DNA of 64,000 bases from Antedon mediterranea (Eukaryota; Animalia; Echinodermata), in the NCBI RefSeq assembly GCF_964355755.1, contig NC_092680.1, forward strand, positions 12,595,045 to 12,659,044. The letters run 5' to 3'. The notes beneath the pieces are model-generated. The model did no database searches, was not told the origin of the DNA, and was given only the letters and a program-made list of their open reading frames with translations. This document shows, piece by piece, positions 1 to 12,945 of this stretch (its first letter is position 1; the number at the start of each line of letters is the position of its first letter). Made by a program: the position numbers and the translations under genes.

Positions 1-781
1 TTAAATCAAGGTTTAATTTGAAATCCTTTTATTATATAATACATATATATAATTTTAAATTGTATTTATTGATCAGCTTTGGCTAGATGAACCGCCCTCA
101 TAAAATGTAGTTAAAATAAATAAAAAGTCGTTAATAGAGTTGAAAAAGTGATGAGGCAAGCCTAAATGTTCTGAATTTTGTAATAATTTAAGTAATTATG
201 TGTTGTGGATAAATTACAATTTTAAAGAAAGTTGTGCCACGTGTTAGCTAGCTACGACCTTGAAATAATAATTATTTTTTATTCTGTAATAAATTTTGGC
301 TAATATTTAAAACCTATTTTTAGGAAAGAAAACAAGCAGTTAAAGATGAAAAGCGTGAAAAGAGGAAAACTAAAGTACCTAAACATCTGAAAAAACGAAA
401 AGAGAAGCTTTCAAGAATCAACAAAGGTGGCAAAAAGTAAATTTTAAAAAGATTTTTTACCCCAAGGATTAAAATATAGTATTTTATTATAATTTTAGGG
501 ATTACAGTATATAGATTAAAAGTAATACTACAGTAATTCCATTACCATAGTATAAAACTGACTCCAGCATCAGTGCATCTATTAGTAATGCAATTAATTT
601 TATTTAATAAAGTGAAATAAGTACACAAACAAACAATGAATTTAAGTAAAGTGTATAACACAACATTTATTAGATTAAAAAATAAACAAGTGGTGATGTC
701 ATTACATGCTATATTTAGCACCATTTACTTTTATATAAATAAAGCATTTATTGTTAAATATTGCACCATTTTCTCGTATAA

Positions 782-940
782 AGATCTGTCTATACTATCA
801 AACTAGTTTGACAAAAAAAGTGTGAAGTGTCCAAATATGGTAGATATTCCCAAATATGGTAGTGATGTGACATCATCATGTCCATATATGGGCACATCAT
901 ATTTTGTTGTCACATAAAGTTTGATAGTGTAGACAGAGCT
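782..940. mobile_element. Short palindromic MITE; second copy at about 43631-43769
   Basis: Ends agatctgtctatactatcaaact / agtttgatagtgtagacagagct are inverted repeats. The core ccaaatatggtagtgat..gacatcatcatgtc recurs in the copy near 43.7 kb. Confidence 0.75.
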
Positions 941-1803
941 TAAGGTTCATTACTTGTTCTCAGATAGAAATTACAACACCTAAGTAACTGCAATCTGTGC
1001 CACTATACAAAGATAACATACAGTATTAAAGCTACAATTCCTCATTGCATTCAGTCGATAGTATTCGTTTACTGAAAACCCCAATATATAAGGACTATTC
1101 TATCCATTATAAAACAGATTTTGTTGAATATGTCTTTGGTTATAATATAACAAAAATATGGCATAAATAAATTATATTACTTGCAATTAAAATATTTTTA
1201 TTCAAATTAGTCTGACCCTATAAATATGAGCTAAACCAATCTGAAATATTCAATAAGATTTATTGTACTGTATTTTATTTTGTTTTCAAACTTAAAAAAA
1301 AAATGTCTGATGACTGATTTTAAAGTTTGATAGAAGAGTTGGCTTTCGTGTATAAATATAATGCTATAAACTAAGCAGAGTGTTAACAAAAAAAGAAGAA
1401 ACAAAGAAAAAAGAAAACAATATGCAGTATTAATTTATGAATAACAATATTATGGTTTATCGCCAAGGGTCTTCTTTGCAAGCTACAATTAAAGGAAGGA
1501 AAAGCTGTATTGTAGTACTTCCTCCCATAAATATTCATATTAAATGTGCACATTTTGTGCTACAAATCTGAAAGTTATTCAGGACCTTGTATAAACCTCA
1601 GGACCTATAGCTTCATGATATAAGATTTTATAGTATGGGAAGCTCAACCTGCTACACATTATAGTATGCATGGTTTTGGGGTTGTGTAGAGGACTCAAGA
1701 AAGTTTAAAAAGGGGTGGAGGTGCAGTTATTTCCCTTTAGTACAAGCCAATGGTACTTTCAGCTGTGTTAAAGCATTTAACTTCATAGAAGTGTAACTTA
1801 ATA

Positions 1804-2309
1804 GGGAAGGTTCGCAACCTTACGAATACGATAACGAAAACGGATACGTCATACATTTGTGAAACTTTTGAGCTGATCCCCATTTCATATTCGTAAAGCG
1901 TATTCGTGTTGACGAATATCACCAGTCATATTCGTAACCACAAAACGAGTATAGTTTTTGATCTATTTTGCACATTTTGCATTTGAATTAGGAATGATTC
2001 ATGATTATAATATAATTATAGATTTATTGAAAGTAATTTACTAAAGTAATTTACTAAAATGCCAGGTCAATTTAGATAAATAGCAGTTTTTAAAGTCCTC
2101 ACTCACTTTGATGTTACGCTAGGCCTAGGCAGCGAAGCACCAAGCAACACGTACCTGAGCTTCGCTCAAATTTACCGCAGTCATATTTTGGACGTGCCTC
2201 AATATTTCGTTGCCATGTGAAACAGATTTTTTTATGGCTTACGAAAACGAATACGTGTGCGTGACGTATCCGTTTTCGTTATCGTATTCGTAAGATTGCG
2301 AAACCTCCC
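1804..2309. mobile_element. Non-autonomous DNA transposon (MITE), ~50-bp TIRs, TA flanks, ~75 bp past the ANT stop codon
   Basis: gggaaggttcgcaaccttacgaatacgataacgaaaacggatacgtca is mirrored by tgacgtatccgttttcgttatcgtattcgtaagattgcgaaacctccc, with TA on both sides. Confidence 0.8.
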
Positions 2310-2383
2310 TACTGAATCTTTCCCAAAACATACAGTAGCTTTGTTTTGTGCAGATTGCCGCTGATTTTTTTAAAACTTTGCAT

Positions 2384-3163
2384 TCAAATAATTCGTTGTA
2401 GTTGGTCATACATGACCAAGACTAATGCACTCCCTGTACTCTTCAAAAAGTTTGAAACAATCCCTTTGAAGAATGCTTCTGGCCCTTCCTCGTAGTATAT
2501 CTTGCGGCAACAATGCATTGCACTTTTGTAAATCATCTCGGACTTGGGTTTACCACTCTGCATCATGAGCCTTCTCCTTACCGTATCAAACGGATAACTA
2601 ATCTGACTAAATATCATCGCAAACTCTGCAATTGCTAACTGGATCGCTATAGATGATTTCCTCGATTCTGGTAGAGATTCTTTCAGCGTATCATAAATGC
2701 CAAAATATGCAGCCCTGTAGAGTACAAATCCATAAATCGCAACTGAAAATCCCCTATAAAATCCAATAACACCATCTGAATAAAATATCCGTTTGGCACA
2801 ATCTAATAGTCCTTTAAATTCTCTATCTGCAGCATTTTTACCCAAATCCGCGCCAAGTCTAGTCCTAACAAAATCCAAAGGGTAGACAAAGCACATCGCT
2901 GTCCCACCAGCTGCACCCCCTGCGGCTAAATTACCAAATAGGTAGCGATAGAAATGTTTTTTGTAGTCTACACCATCTAGAAATATTACTTTGTATTTAT
3001 CTTTAAAAGCAAAACCAAGGGCTTGTGCTGGAAAAGAGCGTATGACATTGGCAGTGTTACCACGCCATAGTGAGAAAAAGCCTTGTTCTTTGGGAATTCT
3101 AACCAAACAGTCAATAAGTCCCTTGTATCTTTTGTTTGGTGGAATTGAAAGTGTTGGCTGTAC
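2384..3163 (-). CDS. ANT: ADP/ATP translocase (mitochondrial carrier, SLC25A4/5/6 family), exon 2 of 2
   Basis: Acceptor tatacag|GTA at 3163. Translation VQPTLSIPPNKRYKGLIDCLVRIPKEQGFFSLWRGNTANVIR...YPLDFVRTRL...YRAAYFG...YPFDTVRRRLMMQSG...stop. 780 nt. Confidence 0.95.
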   Translation of the reverse strand, partial: VQPTLSIPPNKRYKGLIDCLVRIPKEQGFFSLWRGNTANVIRSFPAQALGFAFKDKYKVIFLDGVDYKKHFYRYLFGNLAAGGAAGGTAMCFVYPLDFVRTRLGADLGKNAADREFKGLLDCAKRIFYSDGVIGFYRGFSVAIYGFVLYRAAYFGIYDTLKESLPESRKSSIAIQLAIAEFAMIFSQISYPFDTVRRRLMMQSGKPKSEMIYKSAMHCCRKIYYEEGPEAFFKGIVSNFLKSTGSALVLVMYDQLQRII

Positions 3164-3578
3164 CTGTATAAAACAGAGAAAATATTTATATTATATTATA
3201 TATATCATAATGTATTATTCAAATAACTAGGCCTAGGGTGGGTGGGGGGGGGGGCGCCTTGGCATAGACTTAGCCTGGTCTACTAAATATAGGTATAAGT
3301 TATTACTAGGCCTATCCTATGTAATAGTATGGTCGCCTATCCTATTCTACTAGTACTAATTAAGTAGGGCCTAGGCCCTAGCCTAGCTAGGTAGGAGTAG
3401 CCTAGTACTATAGTAGTACTACTAAAAATACTAAATAGGCCTGTTGTTACTAATAAATCCATCCTATACTATAGGACCTATCCCTAATAAATAGATTTAA
3501 GCCTAGGCCTACATAGCTAAGCCAAATGTTTACATACTACACTAGCCTCCCTATAACTAAGCTCTAATAAGGGCCTAC

Positions 3579-3686
3579 CTGCAGCAACAGCTGTACACGC
3601 TCAAGAGGTGCCACGGCAACTTTGGCTATGATTGCGGACAATCCTCCACATGTGAGGTTTTTTAAGAATGAAGGAACACCAGCCAT
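3579..3686 (-). CDS. ANT: ADP/ATP translocase exon 1 of 2 (36 codons; full protein 295 aa)
   Basis: MAGVPSFLKNLTCGGLSAIIAKVAVAPLERVQLLLQ then donor CAG|gtaggc. The phase-0 intron follows LLLQ, as in vertebrate ANT genes. Confidence 0.93.
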
Positions 3687-6600
3687 AGAAGAACAGTGAT
3701 GATGTACAGTAGATAAATGGTGATCTGGACACAGCATGATGATTTTAAACAGTTGAAACAATTTAATTTTTTCACGTACACACACAGCAATTGACTTTAT
3801 TATAGTAATATTTACGGCGTGTGTATATAGTAAGAGCGCACGTACGCAGTTTGTTTCGTTCGATATTAAATTATGAGACGCGGAAATCAGCCAATAACCT
3901 TCTGTGTTGTTTTTGTTCACACACAGCACGTGGTTTTGTTATCGGTTCATTATTGTGAACGAGACGTCATCACAGTGGATTACGTGTCTAGTATAATGTA
4001 CGTGTTTAAACATTAATGACACTTCATGGATAATCGATCGAAAGTGACTTTACGCGTCAGCAGTAGCATAGAACCTATGTTCTTTGTGTATTAAAGATAT
4101 CGCCTATATACAATACAAAAAGTTAACAAAAATGTTAGTAAAGTAAAACAAATAGCAGAACAATTACGATTTAGAATATAAAGTAGACATGGTTCCCCAC
4201 CCCCTCCCCAAAAAAACCATCAAAGATAAAATATAAATTGTTGGTACATTACGTATGCAGTTCTGAAAAGTTTCGAGCAATACATTTTTTTTCGGACGTC
4301 CTCGAGTAAAGCAAAACAAATGATACACAAATTATGATTTGGAAGTATTGTAAATACAACTCTGAATAGGCTTTTTTGTAGTTTGCGGTATACAGAAATA
4401 TGCGCATAGGCTATACGGCAATAAAAAAAAGTGACCAAATTTCGACCCTTTTATTTTTTGACATAACTGGTTACTATGACTATATGTGTATATATGGCAA
4501 TATTATTGCATAATAATTGAATTTTAAAAAGTCGATATTTTGGCCATTTAAAAAAAAAAACCTGTAGCCTACTATAGTACATAATAATTTAATGTATAAC
4601 AATTTTCTAAAACCTTACTTTTTTACTTTTACTTTCCTTACCCTTTTTTTTTACTTTTACATAGCGAGTTTCATATATTTTAAACATTTTTAAAAATCAG
4701 TTTAGTTTTGGATTCTAGAGCTGGGATGAACAGAGATAAAGAATTGACAACATTTCGTAACTGCATCAACACCCAACATGTCTATTTCGACCAAACAAAA
4801 TGTTAACAATGTGTATTGTGGACTTCTTATTTTTCATTATGTACTCTACTACCACATCGACGGATGCACCAGAATTCAATAGTCTCAAATATTGCCACAA
4901 CACTGGCTCCGAAAAACAAACCAAGAGAACCGCCGAAATCACCTGAGGGAATAAGTTGGAAAATCTCTTAAACACATTTAATGTAAATAATAATAGAACT
5001 ATATGTATGGTGGTCTCAATTATCAAAAATAACATTATGATAAAATAGATTTGTCCACGCATATTGTACACTTATTTGTTTTTATATTACAGTTGCTTTA
5101 TTTCTGGTTTATAAATTATGGGTATGATGTTAGAGATTGAATGCATGCACTATTAAAATAAATATAATATATATGACCACCACCAAGCCACAACTCCACT
5201 ATTTTAACTCCACTATATTAACAACATGCGTAAAACACACACAATTCACACATCGAAAAAGACAGAACAACACATTGATCCAGCCAGAGCTTTACTTACA
5301 TATGAGTGAAAATAACTCGTAGCGTGGTTGGTCTGTCAACTCCTCAACTCTCAGTGTGTCAAAATAAATATTAACTCGACCATAGTTGTTTCTTAAAAAA
5401 GAAAATTGTAATGAAAAAATTCATTATTTAATAATCATTGAATATTATAGAAACAGGTTGAAGCAATAATGGTGTTGTAATGTTGGTGGAGTATGATAAG
5501 AACTGATGTCACTATTACTACAAGAAATAAGCCGAAAGAAGAGTAATTTGCTGAACAAAATTAACCCAATAACACTTTCATTTGGACACATAGATGGAAA
5601 AGACAGTTTTGCAAAAAACAAAAATCGACAGCCCCGGAGACATGGATGTCAAAAAATAACAAATAATTGAAGATCTACTTTGAAGTCGAATGAATAATGG
5701 AAATAGAAATGACAGACAGAGATATCGTGTATTAAAAGTACTTAATACAGTTCCACAGAGCCTGCTGACAGCCACAGAATCGGGTGGAATGTCGGAAGCT
5801 TGGAAGTTGATTAGAAAGATTTCTGTAGATTTTAGGAAAATGTACACGGATTCTATTTCTAATGTATTCAATCATCTTATGATAACTATACTTTCTTACT
5901 GGATGTAGTTCTTGACTATCTCTGAGTTGCTGTTTTGTCCATTTATGACGTCACCAAGGGTTGTTGAGAACAAATCGTAAACATATGTATAGAGATAATC
6001 AAACCTTGTATCCAATTCTTCGTGAAATATGTTTTTATAAAAGGTATTGTTTATATTATTATAATGTTTATCAGGTGGCAATGCTTTTTTGACACACATA
6101 TCTATTTCTTGTTCGAGTTCCTCGACAAAACCGGATTCGATTTGAAATGTTTTATAAACGGATTTGGCTTCAAACATCGAACTGTTATCATGCGGTTCAC
6201 TTTTTTTCAAAAGATAAATGGTGTTTATCAAATGCCTTGATATGATGTATCTCATGTGTAATTCTAAATTATACAATACGGTGTGAAGACGCCAGCACAT
6301 GTTGAGCGGTTCTACTGAAGGGTTTGTATTGATTATAAATCGCCACGTGACATTTTTCCAATAATTGACGCAACTGTTAAAATCTTCATCGTATAGTTTG
6401 TTTTTCAGTTTTTGGCTTTAAAAAATAGAAGTAAAAAAACTGTTATTCAATCTGGTTTTTCATTTTCCCAAAGAGAATTAATTTTATCAATCGATTTTTA
6501 AATTCAAATGTTGATCAATTATACAACTAATCGGTTTTTGATTTATTTATCCCAAACCCTCCAATTGGTATCATATACTTTACCAAACTAACGAGCCCAT

Positions 6601-8109
6601 TGCCTTTGCTATGATCGTCTGGTTTTCTTCAGGTAGTAGTGTATGCAGTGTTTCTCCAATTAATGGTGAGGGAAATGAACTGAACGACATCGACGTTTTG
6701 TACACATTAGTAGGGTAGGAAGGAGGGGTTACCGTGCACCCCCATGATGTATTTTTTTAATGTACTTTTTTGTAATCCTGAATATATGTAATTAACATTT
6801 TTTTATGTTCCCAAGACGAAATATTGTCCCATGGGGTTTTTTGGGGGCCATTTTGGTGGCCATCTTGGATTTATCAAAATCATAAATATAGACGGTACTT
6901 GACAAAGACTGATCATAGAGGTCTGATTTTGGTCTTAAATTGTTCAGAATATGCACATTTCTATGTACTATAATGAAAAGTTTTCGTTCAAAATGGCCGT
7001 AAATGCCACTTTTGACCTTTGACCTTGTTTTTACATAAGGGTCATATCTTGGTAACCCCTGTTCATAAAGATTTTATTTTTGTCTTAAATTGTTCAGAAT
7101 ATCCATATTTATATTAGCTTTAATGGAACATGTTTTTTTTAATTTGACGGGAAATATCATTTTTGACCTTTGACATTATTGCATAGCGATTTTCGCAATA
7201 ATTTAGACTATTTTTGTATTCGACCTATATCTTGACGAGTGATCATAGAGGTTTGATTTTGGTCTTATATTGTTCTGAATATGCACGTTCCTATCTACTA
7301 TAATAAAACATTTTCATACAAAATGACCGGAAATACGACTTTTGACCTTTGACCTCGTTTTTACATATCTTCGTAACCAATGGTCATAACGATTTTATTT
7401 TTGTTTTAAATTGTTCGGAGTATCCATATTTATATAGCTTTAATGAAACATATCTTTGAAATTTGATGGAAAATATCACTTTTGACCTTTGACATTATTT
7501 CCACACGAGGGTCATATCTCGGTAACCCCTGGTCATAAAGACTTTATTTTTGTCATAAATTGTTCAGAATATATCTATATTTATATAAGATTTAATGAAA
7601 CATATTTTTTAAAGTTGGCAGGAAATACAACTTTTGACCTTTTACCTTGTTTCCACCCGAGGGTCATATCTCGGTAACCCCTGGTCATAAAGACTTTATT
7701 TTTGTCATAAATTGTTCAGAATATCCATATTTATATAACATTTAATGAAATACAACTTTTGACCTTATTTTCACCTGAGGGTCATATCTCGGTAACAAAT
7801 TTTTTTTGTCTTAGATTGTTCAAAACATACATATTTCTATCCACTCTAATGAATATTTATTTAAAACAATGATCATAAATGTTACTATCAATTGTCACAT
7901 TTAACACCTTCCACGACTACTTTTATCCAATAGAATGTGTTTATTGTCCAATTGGAAGAGACAATAACAAAATTAATGTCAACATCTTCATAATCTTAAT
8001 TTATTTTGGAAACAGTACTGATAGACGGCTACAAAAATACATTCTAATCAAATTCTATTCTTCATTAAATAATGGAAAATTTAGGGAAAGAAAAGGGAAT
8101 AATTGTATT

Positions 8110-8500
8110 TTACACGTGGATGGTATTCTTGACATAACACTCGATCTGAGGACAGGTACCTTCCACCCATATACACCAAACCAAACAATACACCATTATA
8201 TGTACACCGTGAAAGTAATCATCGGCCATCAATTACGCAATATACCACTAGCAATAAATAAACGACTCTCAAACATCTCATCCGATGAAAATTCGTTTAA
8301 TGCAGCAATACCTCAGTACCAAGAAGCACTTAGAAATAATGGATATGAACATGAGCTACACCTGAACAAGTAACCAAAAAGAAAACCCGAAACAGAAACA
8401 TCATTTGGTTCAATCCTCCGTACAGCAATAACGTAATTTTTTACATTTAGTGGATGAGTGTTTCTCACAAGGCCATAATCTCCGAAAGAATTTTAATGTT
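8110..8500 (+). mobile_element. Degenerate Penelope-like retroelement fragment
   Basis: LDITLDLRTGTFHPY...NIPLAINKRLSNISSDENSFNAAIPQYQEALRNNGY, then RNRNIIWFNPPYSNNV in another frame. Homologous to the Penelope copy at 24.0-24.8 kb. Confidence 0.85.
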
Positions 8501-8504
8501 GGCA

Positions 8505-8997
8505 TTGATTGTTGGTGGTATCTACAATATCTAAGGTTACGTATGGTATACTTATGGTAAGGAGGATCTCTAGTCAAACTTTAGAGGGTCAGACAGGGCC
8601 AAGGCAGGTTACAGATAGTTTGTAATACGTCATTTGGTATTCCTTACATTACAATGTGCTAAATCATAACATTGGTTGCTGGTGGTATCTACAATATCTA
8701 AGCTAGGCTAGTTGGAGGAAGAGGGTCTCTAGTCAAAATTTAGAGGGGTCTGCTAGGGCCAAGGCAGTGTACAGATAGTTCGTAATAGAGGTCATTTGGT
8801 ATTCCTTACAATGTGCTAAATCATATAACATTGGTTGCTGGTGGTATCTACAATATCTAAGCTAGGCTAGTTGGGAGAAGGGGGTTGTTAGTCGAACTTT
8901 AGAGGGGTCTGCCAGGGCCAAGGCAGTGTACAGATAGTCTGTAATAGGTCATTTGGTATTTCTTACAATGTGCTAAATCATATAACATTGGCTGCTG
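8505..8997. repeat. ~160-bp tandem repeat, about 3.4 copies; the 4th copy resumes at 11893 after the nested insertion
   Basis: tggtggtatctacaatatctaa at 8513, 8680, 8839 and 11894. Confidence 0.85.
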
Positions 8998-11892
8998 TAG
9001 TAGAGCAGTTAACGCCATAAAAATAGCCAAGTTGTGCACTTTATTACCAAAGCATGAAACTTTCCACAAAGTTTCTTTGATGTATATAGATTCAAAATAT
9101 CTGGGGGTGCCAAGTGTCCAACGTCCGGTATGGCGGCCATCTTGATTTCAAAATGGCCACCATAAATACAAAAAGTGTTCATATCTTGGCAACTATAAAC
9201 AGTAGAGACTTGATTCTGGTGTTAAATTGTTCACAAACCACATATTTCTATTTGCTCTAATGAAAAGTTTCGTCCAAAAATGACCGGAAATGACGTTTCT
9301 TTCAGTTTGACCTTTGACCTCTTATCTGTATATCTCAGTAACTACTGATAATTTTCAATCGATTTTGGTGTCATTTTGTTCAGAATAGAGACATTTATAT
9401 TTGTAGTAATGAAACATTTTCACATAAAATTACTGGAAATACAATTTATAACCTTTGACATATATAATTATGTGAACATACTGTATGTGGTTTAATTGGT
9501 ATAAATGCACCTAATTTTTTTACCGAAATAAATGACACGGAATTATTATTCTGAATTTTTAACTTTTGATGTGATAGGATAGGCATAAAGTATGACAGAT
9601 CACTGAGCTCATCTATGCCGACATGTTTGCTAAACTGTGATGTGTCAATCGTTTTTTCGTTGCATCTAAAAAAATGTACTCCATTTTTATGGTAATGGGC
9701 CTTTGCTGTAAACCTTTCATCTGAATCCTTTTCCTCGATTTTCTCTAGTCATTGATTTTTTAGCAAAATCCGAACTAAATCAATTCGTAAAAGACATCTC
9801 AATATAATTATTCAAGTAATCCTCAAATTAGTGACATGGACCTACAATATACTGTTCTGTACAAGACCTAGGCATCCACCTGTGAACTTTCACTTTAAAG
9901 GTCTTGGTTTCCTAATCATACAAGAAACAATGTCTAATTTAATCAATCAAAGTAGTGGGTCCAGACAAAGAAGGGGGTGTAAGACCATCCACAGACAAAG
10001 AAGGGGTTGTAAGACCATCCACATACAAAGAAAGGGGTTTAATACCATCCACAGACAAAGAAGGGGATGTAAGACCATCCACTGACAAAAAAAGGGGTAT
10101 ATGACCATCCACAGACAAAGAAGGGGGCGTAGGACCGTCCACAGACAAAGAAGGGGTGCAAGACCATCCGCTGACAAAGAAAGGGGTATAGGACCACTTA
10201 CAGACAAAGAAGAGGGTATAAGACCATCCACAGACAAATAAGGGGTGTAGGACCATCCACAGACAAAGAAGGGGAGAAGACCATCCACAGACAAAGAAGG
10301 GGATATAAGACCATCCACAGACAAAGAAGGGGGTATAAGACCATTCACAGACAAAGAAGGGGGTGTAAGACCATCCACAGACAAATTAAAGGAGTGCAAG
10401 ACCATCCATACACAAAGAAAGGGGTGTATAAGACCATCCACATACAAAAAAGGGGTGTAATACCATCAATGGACAAAGAAAGCGGTGTAGGATCACCCAC
10501 AGGCATAGAAGGGGGTATAAGACCGTCCACAGAAAAAGAAAGAGGTGTAAGACCATCCACAGACAAAGAAGGGGGTGTAGAACCGTCCACAGACAAAGAA
10601 GGGGTGTAAGACCATCCACCACTGACACAGAAAGGGGTATAGGACCACTTACAGACAAAGAAGGGGTGTAAGACCATCCACAGACAAAAAAGGAGGTATA
10701 GGACCATCGGACCATCCACAGACAAAGAAGGGGATGTAAGACCACCCACAGACAAAGAAGGGGTGTAAGACCATCCACACACAAAGAAAGGGGTTTAATA
10801 CCATCAACAGTCAAAGAAAGAGGTGTAATACCATCAACAGACACAGAAGGGGGTATAAGACCATCCACAGACAAAGAAAGGGGTATAAGACCGTCCACAG
10901 ACAAAGAAAGGGGTGTAAAACCATCCACAGACAAAGAAGGGTGCATAAGACTATCCACAGACAAAGAAGGAGGGTTAGGACCATATTAAACGAGGAAGCA
11001 TACAAAAATAAGATGCAATCAAAATAGGCCTACCACTTGGAAAACAATAAATTGTAGAATAACTGTGGCTTAATTGTTGAAATAGACAGGGTTCTTTGTA
11101 AGGTCATTAATAATATATTTATATAAACACGATCATCATACTATTCATTTGACAATCAAATACAGTCTGTCTCGAAAAGAAGCTCATACTATCACCTTTT
11201 CGAGGTTTTACGGTATTCAATAACATGTATGTTATTTCCTCTGTCAAACTATTAAAACTTTTAGCGAATCAGAAGGTGCCAGCACAATGTTTACCAATTT
11301 TATGTACTATATACAATTTAAGTCCATTAATTATTTAATATAATTACGCCTATCAGGTTAAAGTTCAAAATTAGGTGCACTTTAGACCAACAAAAACCAC
11401 CTACAGTATATTCACATAATTAAAAATCAATAAATTAATGTCAAAGGTCATAAATTGTATTTCCGGTCATTTTATGTGAAAATGTTTCATTACTACAAAT
11501 ATAAATGTATTTATTCTGAACAAAATGACACCAAAATCGATTGAAAATGACCAGTAGTTACAGAGATATACAAATACGAGGTCAAAGGTCAAACTGTAAG
11601 AAACGTCATTTCCGGTCATTTTTGGACGAAACTTTTCATTAGAGCAAATAGAAATATATAGTTTGTGAACAATTTAAGACAAAAATTAATTCTCTAATGT
11701 GTATAGTTGCCAAGATATGAACATTTTTTTGTTTTTATGGTGGCCATTTTGAAATCAAGATGGCTGCCATACCGGACGTTGGACACTTGGCACCCCCAGA
11801 TATTTTGAATCTATATACATCAAAGAAACTTTGTGCCAAGTTTCATGCTTTGGTAATAAAATGCACAGCTCATGTCATTAACTGCTCTACTA
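8998..11892. mobile_element. Second Academ-like element (2.9 kb, ~500-bp TIRs) nested inside the first
   Basis: Ends tagtagagcagttaa / ttaactgctctacta; 3-bp TSD ctg (8995-8997, 11893-11895). 8998-~9510 mirrors ~11370-11892. Confidence 0.82.
9962..10985. repeat. 30-bp minisatellite, about 34 copies
   Basis: Unit approximately aagaccatccacagacaaagaagggggtgt. It explains the overlapping SLSVDG / LCLWMV ORFs. Confidence 0.95.
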
Positions 11893-12449
11893 CTGGTGGT
11901 ATCTACAATATCTAATCTAGGCCAGTTGTTGGAAGGGGGGTCTCTAGTCGAACTTTAGGGTGTCTGGCACTTGCAGTGCAGCAGACAATTAGTCTGTCGT
12001 TACCCATTTAGTATTGTATGAACACAACTTGTTCATTTGGCATTAATTTTGAGTGGTACCTCACTCAGCTATGTTATCCCCATTTGTAGGCCCTCCTTCG
12101 GGGGATCTGATGGGCCTATTGCAGAGGACAAAATGTTTGGTGATATGATATTGGTATATAGGATGCAAATGGGCATCCCTTGGTGGTGAAATTAGGTGGT
12201 ATCTCCCTCATCTAATTGGTGCCGATTTGTTAGCACCTTTCGTGTCCCCCGGTATAGACGCAGCAGGGGGTACCCGGCAGACTTCCATTTACGTTGACTT
12301 CAAGTGACCTCCAATCAACACACTTAAATAGTCAGATATTGGTACCTAGCTCATCTAACCAAATGTATCTGGGCTGCCTGTCTACAGCCATTTACTGAGT
12401 ATTCAGTACAGTAATACAATAAATACTAAGCGGTCAGAAGATGCTACTA

Positions 12450-12945
12450 ATCAATCAATCAATCATTCGATTTATATAGCGCCATTCCAACAGTCATTGC
12501 TCATGGTGCTACCAAAAATATCAGAAAATGTGAGTTTTGAGTAGTGACTTTGAAGGTGCTCAATAATGATGTTTGTTTAATGTTCAAAGAGGTGGTTCCA
12601 GAACCTACTGTAGGTCCAGCAATACCGAAAGTCCGATCTCCCCAACTATGTTTGCGCCTCTGAATGTCCAGTCGCTTTCTCTTATTGATTGTCAATCATT
12701 CTGAGAGGTATTTGAAAGCGCAACTATTTATGCATCGGAGCACCAGCAGGATCTTAAATTGAACACGCAACTCCACTCCAAATACGATCGCCTCGGTCTT
12801 TTCATTAAGCTTGAGGAAGTTTAAGCCCATCCATGTCCTAATCTCAGCAGTGCATGCTTCTAAACGTTTTACGGCGGTCAGAAACTCAGTCTGACGGGGA
12901 TTGACAGAAACATAAATTTGTATATCATGAAGTTGACCAGGAATA
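12450..12945 (-). mobile_element. Degenerate L2/CR1-group LINE 3' fragment
   Basis: DIQIYVSVNP...RLEACTAEIRTWMGLNFLKLNEKTEAIVFG and WGDRTFGIAGP, homologous to the 32.5-34.2 kb RT. Ends in a (TTGA)n tail. Confidence 0.8.

Noticed and set aside
3687-3929. Long N-terminal extension of ANT suggested by the ORF track
   Set aside because: It starts at a non-ATG codon and has no carrier homology; the ATG at 3686 gives the canonical length.
4766-5071. 101-aa hydrophobic ORF
   Set aside because: Off-frame reading of exon 11 of copy C plus intron.
5660-5695. Plus-strand LKIYFEV peptide resembling exon 10
   Set aside because: Wrong strand and flanked by stops; the true exon 10 is at 5300-5391.
9831-11005. 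Multiple overlapping ORFs up to 192 aa
   Set aside because: Translations of the 30-bp minisatellite.
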